From: Planctomycetota bacterium
GTDB lineage: Bacteria; Planctomycetota; UBA1135; UBA2386
NCBI GenBank assembly: GCA_046290465.1
Contig: JBKAGP010000001.1
Location: forward strand, 5,440,001 to 5,504,000
Direction of reading: 5' to 3'
Length of the DNA stretch: 64,000 nucleotides
Each line of letters starts with the position of its first letter. The stretch's first letter is position 1. The position numbers were made by a program, and so were the translations under genes. Positions 60,077 to 64,000 of this stretch are shown in pieces. Under the pieces are notes generated by a model, which saw only the letters and a program-made list of their open reading frames with translations, made no database searches and had not been told where the DNA came from.

Positions 60077-62466
60077 CCCGTGATGGCGAGCGGCGTGATC
60101 TTGCCGAGGACCTTGCGGGTCTTGGCGTCCAGAGCGATGACCCGGCCCTGCCAGTCCGCGGTGAACACGCGCTTGCCGTCGTTGCTCGCGGCGACTCCGT
60201 AGACCCAGTCGGCGATGCGCGGCAGTTCGGGATCACGGCTGCCGTTGGTCTTCCAGGTGATCACCCGGCCGTCTGCGCCGCTGCTGACGATGCGCGTCGC
60301 GGTGCGCCAGGTGAGGCACAGGGCCTGGTCGCTGTGGGTGGTGTTGCGGAACAGGCGGCGGCCGTCGCGCATGCGCCAGAGGCTGACGGAGCGGTCGGCG
60401 CCGGCGGCGGCGAGGGTCGCCGAGTCGGGGGCGAAGGCGAGGCTGCTGAGCAGGCCGTCGGCGGCCTTGAAGTCGTGCACCTCGCGGCCGTTGGCTGCCT
60501 CGTGAACGGCGACCATGCCCTGGCGGTCGGCGCTGGCGAGCAGCTTGCCGTCGGGAGAGAAGGTCAGCGCCGTGACCCAGTCGTCGTGGGCGCTGCGCCA
60601 CAGCACCTTGCCGTCCGCGACGCGGAAGACCTGCGCGCGGCGGCGGGTGCCGCCGACCGCGACCAGGTCGCCGCGCGGCGACAGCGAGGCGGTCAGGGCG
60701 GCGTCGCGGCGCGCGCCGAAGCGACCGCGTTCGGCCCCGGTGCGCAAGTCGTAGACGACGGCGCCGCCTTCCTTGCCCGGGGTGCCACCGGCCGCCACCA
60801 GGGTAGTCGCGTCGGCGGAGAACGACAGGCTCTCGACCTGGCCGAACGGGAACTCGAGCACGCCCAGTTCGCGGAGGTTGTCCTGGTGCAGCAGCAGGAT
60901 CTGGCCGAAGCCCGGTGCGGCCAGCAGCGGCGCGCCGGGGCTCGCCGCGATGCAGCGCATCGCGCCAGGGCGCTGAGGGTAGCGCTTCTTGATGCGCGGC
61001 AGTTCTTCCGGCATCACGGCCTGCACGACGACCTTGGCGAGCTCGCGCTGCTTGGCTTCGGCCGCCGCCTTGGCGCGGGCCTTGGCGCGCTGCTCGGCGA
61101 GCTTCTGCGCCTGCGCTTCGTCCTTCGGTGCGCCCTGCGCGATCCACGTGCGGATCGTGTCGATCAGGGCACTGTCGATGCGCGGCTCCTTCGGCGGCAT
61201 CGTCGGCTTCTCCTTGTGCGACACCAGCAGGTAGAGGCGGCTGTCGTCCGGACTGCCGGGCCGCAGCGTTTTGCCCGAGCTGCCGCCCTGCAGGGTCGAT
61301 GCGTGTGAGCTGAGGTCCAGGCCGCCCGACTCGTCGCCCTGGTCGTGGCAGGCGATGCAGTGCTCGTCGAAGATCGGGTAGACGTGCTGTTCGTAGGTGA
61401 CGAGCTTGTCGTTGCCGTTCGCACCGGAGGAAGCCTGTTGCGACGGCATCGCGGCGGCCGGCGCGGCGGCAGCCGGTGGCTCGGCAGTGGGCTTTGGCTT
61501 GGCAGTGGGCTTCGGCTTGGGGGTGGGCTTCGGCTTGGCCTTCTTCGCGGCAGCCTTCTTGGCTGCCGTCCCCTTGGCGGCGGCTTCCTTGGCAGCAGCT
61601 TCCTTCGCAGCGGCAGCCTTCATCGCGGCTGCCTTCATCGCGGCGGCCTTGCTCGCCTCGGGTTGCTTCGCCATCGCCTCCTTCGAGGCCGGCTTGGCGT
61701 CGCTCGCCTTCTTCGTCGTCGCCTTGCTCGATGCAGGCTGCTTCGCCGCCGGCTTCTCGGCTGCGGCCATGTCTTTGCTCGCGGCTTCTGCCTTGGCGAC
61801 GGTGGGCTTGGTGGCGGGCTGCCTGGCCGGGGCGGTGCTGGCGAGCACCTTCATCTCGATCGACGCGACCAGCTTCTGCAGTTGCTGCAGCTTCTGCTGT
61901 TCGGTGTCCAGCGAACTGGCCTGCGCGTCCTTGCCGGCGGCGTCGGCGAGCAGTTGCTTGCTCTGCGCGCGGAGGTCGGCGGCGCGCTTGTCGTGCGACG
62001 CGGACCTGGCGCGCATCGCGCCGCCGCGCGCGTCCCAGGCGGCTTTCGGCAGCTTGCGCAGCCCGGCGAGGGCCAGTTCGAGCTGGCCCTGGGCGCTGGC
62101 CTTGGCCTCGCCGCTGCCGGCGGGATCGACGAAGCCGAGCGTTGTGAGCGCGGCGCGGACCTGCTCCAGCTTCTCGATCTCGGCGAGCAACTGCTTCGAA
62201 GCCGCGACCTCGGCCGCGGCCTGTTGGTCGCGTTCGCCGGCCTGCTTGCGCAGCGCGGCGGCCTCGTCGCGCGCCTTCTTGGCGGCGGCCGTCATCGCGG
62301 CGCTGCGCGCCTGCCAGGTCTTGCCGTCGGCTCCCTTGAGCTGTGCGAGCAGGGCGTCGAGGTCGCCGGGTTCCGGCTGTTGCGCCCGCAGCACGGGCGC
62401 GAACAGCAGGGCGGGGGCGAGCGCCGCGCTGGCGACGCGGAGCTTCCATCCGTGGTTGCGGGTCAT
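60070..62466 (-). CDS. Planctomycete cytochrome c domain + WD40 protein with coiled-coil and Lys/Ala-rich N-terminal half
   Basis: VYPIFDEHCIACH...GGLDL...MPP...IRTWIAQGA; WD40 HDDWVTALTFSPDGKLLASADR; signal peptide. Confidence 0.88.
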   Translation of the reverse strand: MTRNHGWKLRVASAALAPALLFAPVLRAQQPEPGDLDALLAQLKGADGKTWQARSAAMTAAAKKARDEAAALRKQAGERDQQAAAEVAASKQLLAEIEKLEQVRAALTTLGFVDPAGSGEAKASAQGQLELALAGLRKLPKAAWDARGGAMRARSASHDKRAADLRAQSKQLLADAAGKDAQASSLDTEQQKLQQLQKLVASIEMKVLASTAPARQPATKPTVAKAEAASKDMAAAEKPAAKQPASSKATTKKASDAKPASKEAMAKQPEASKAAAMKAAAMKAAAAKEAAAKEAAAKGTAAKKAAAKKAKPKPTPKPKPTAKPKPTAEPPAAAAPAAAMPSQQASSGANGNDKLVTYEQHVYPIFDEHCIACHDQGDESGGLDLSSHASTLQGGSSGKTLRPGSPDDSRLYLLVSHKEKPTMPPKEPRIDSALIDTIRTWIAQGAPKDEAQAQKLAEQRAKARAKAAAEAKQRELAKVVVQAVMPEELPRIKKRYPQRPGAMRCIAASPGAPLLAAPGFGQILLLHQDNLRELGVLEFPFGQVESLSFSADATTLVAAGGTPGKEGGAVVYDLRTGAERGRFGARRDAALTASLSPRGDLVAVGGTRRRAQVFRVADGKVLWRSAHDDWVTALTFSPDGKLLASADRQGMVAVHEAANGREVHDFKAADGLLSSLAFAPDSATLAAAGADRSVSLWRMRDGRRLFRNTTHSDQALCLTWRTATRIVSSGADGRVITWKTNGSRDPELPRIADWVYGVAASNDGKRVFTADWQGRVIALDAKTRKVLGKITPLAITGS

Positions 62467-62470
62467 GGCT

Positions 62471-64000
62471 CTAGTGTTGGAAGAGGAATTCCTTGCTGTT
62501 GAACATCGCCCAGAGGACATCCTCCCAGGCGCCGCGGGCGTCGTCGCCGGCGGCCTGGATCGCGCCGAGCACGCGGTCGCGTTCGTCGGCGCGCGGTCGG
62601 CGCGCGTAGGTGGCCAGGAACAGCTCCTCGAGGATCTGTTCGGGCTCGGTCTCGTCCGACAGCAGGCGCACGAGGCGACCGTCGGCGCTGCGCACCTTCT
62701 GTTCGATCGTCGTGCCGTTGATCAGGTGCAGCACTTGGTTGAGCGTCGGCTCCTCGCGGCGTTCGCAGGTGCAGACCGAGTCGCGGTCCGGCCGGCCGAA
62801 CAGGTCGAGGAAGCGGTTGCCGCTGTCCGGGGAGACGACCTGGACGGCGCTCGCGCCGAGCGGCACGCCGCGGAACTTGGTCGGCACCTCGGTCACCTGG
62901 CCGATCGCGTCGAGCATCTGCTCGGCCGACAGGCGGCGCGGCGTCATGCCGGCGAACGTCGCGGCCGGCGCGGCGTCGGGGTGCTGCGCCGACTGGTAGG
63001 TCGCCGACGCGCAGATCTCGCGGATCAGTTCGCGCACGTCGAAGCCGGATGCGGCCAGCTTCTCGCCGAGGCGGCGGTGCAGGTCCGGGTGCGAAGGCGG
63101 GTTGCTGACGCGCACGTCGTCGACCGGGTGCACCAGGCCGCGGCCGAAGAACCGTGCCCAGACGCGGTTGGCGAGGTTCTTCGCGAACCACGGGTTCTTG
63201 CGCGAGGTCAGCCACTCGGCGAGCACCTTGCGGCGGTCGACGTCGCCCGGGATCTCCGGTGCGTCGCCGCCGAGGAACCGCGGCTTCGCCCTCTGCAGGG
63301 TGCGCGCGTTGCGGATGTCGCCGCTGGAGCGGTCGTAGATGATCTGCTCGCGCGGCGTGTCGCCGTTCTTGCGGCCGAGCTGCGCGAAGAACGCGGCAAA
63401 GCCGTAGTAGTCGTCCATCCGCCAGCGCTCGAACGGATGGTTGTGGCACTGCGCGCACTGCAGGCGGATGCCGAGGAACGTCTGCGCCGCATTCTCGGCG
63501 AGCACCTTCGGGTCGCGCGCGGTCGCCCAGTAGTTGGCCTCGGGCACCCGGAACGCGCTGCCCGACGCGGTCAACATGCGGGTCACGACCTGGTCCATCG
63601 GGGTGCCGTCGCGCAGCGCCTCGCGCAGCCACCGCGTGAAGATGTGCACGCCCTTCTGCTCGAGGTTCTGCGGCTCGATGCGCAGCACCTCGGCCCACGT
63701 CATCGCCCAGACGTCGGGGAACTCCGGCCGCTGCAGCAGTTCGTCGACGATGCGGGCGCGCTTGTCGTCGCTCTCGTCGGCGAGGAACGCGCGCACGTCG
63801 GCGGCCGTCGGCAGCTGGCCGATGATGTCGAGGTAGACGCGCCGGAGGTAGGTCGCGTCGTCGCAGCCCGGCGCCGGCGCCAGCTGCAGCTTGACCAGCT
63901 TCTGCTGCACCAGCGCGTCGATCTCGTTGCGCTGGTCCATCGTCGGCGGCGTCCACGGCTCGGCGTTCGGCAGCACGATGACCTGCGCGACCTCGGTCAG
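62471..64000 (-). CDS. DUF1549/DUF1553 domain protein (partial, start beyond the right edge)
   Basis: NEIDALV, YLRRVYLDIIGQLPT, FLGIRLQCAQCHNHPF, NRVWARFFGRGLVHPVDD, RRLSAEQMLDAI, NSKEFLFQH; frame open to 64000. Confidence 0.93.
   Translation of the reverse strand: MTEVAQVIVLPNAEPWTPPTMDQRNEIDALVQQKLVKLQLAPAPGCDDATYLRRVYLDIIGQLPTAADVRAFLADESDDKRARIVDELLQRPEFPDVWAMTWAEVLRIEPQNLEQKGVHIFTRWLREALRDGTPMDQVVTRMLTASGSAFRVPEANYWATARDPKVLAENAAQTFLGIRLQCAQCHNHPFERWRMDDYYGFAAFFAQLGRKNGDTPREQIIYDRSSGDIRNARTLQRAKPRFLGGDAPEIPGDVDRRKVLAEWLTSRKNPWFAKNLANRVWARFFGRGLVHPVDDVRVSNPPSHPDLHRRLGEKLAASGFDVRELIREICASATYQSAQHPDAAPAATFAGMTPRRLSAEQMLDAIGQVTEVPTKFRGVPLGASAVQVVSPDSGNRFLDLFGRPDRDSVCTCERREEPTLNQVLHLINGTTIEQKVRSADGRLVRLLSDETEPEQILEELFLATYARRPRADERDRVLGAIQAAGDDARGAWEDVLWAMFNSKEFLFQH

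Overview
Very GC-rich bacterial chromosome segment, most likely Planctomycetota (inferred from a DUF1549/DUF1553 protein, a planctomycete cytochrome c-WD40 protein, and an ECF sigma factor paired with a Ser/Thr kinase). Housekeeping genes: type-2 ileS, rpsO-pnp, mnmC, a nucleotide-sugar dehydrogenase and both subunits of an archaeal-type topoisomerase VI (top6A and top6B, about 6.6 kb apart). Accessory content: three ECF sigma factors, many secreted proteins and lipoproteins, a secretin, GspK and an MCP. Main observations: (1) a thioredoxin-like lipoprotein split by the ORF caller at an in-frame UGA, forming a U-x-x-C motif followed by a bSECIS-like hairpin (probable selenoprotein); (2) a 1941-aa membrane-embedded sigma-54 activator with a CBM9-like sensor and a non-Fis HTH, followed by a -24/-12 promoter, a miniature OmpH/Skp-like gene and a secretin; (3) a C-terminal domain shared by unrelated secreted proteins, a candidate sorting signal; (4) PNPase with a roughly 320-aa R/D/E repeat tail; (5) a roughly 57-bp dispersed repeat, one copy of which truncates a TipA-like MerR regulator. 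No rRNA, tRNA, CRISPR array or intact transposase was recognised. All family calls come from motif recognition by eye; no database searches were run.
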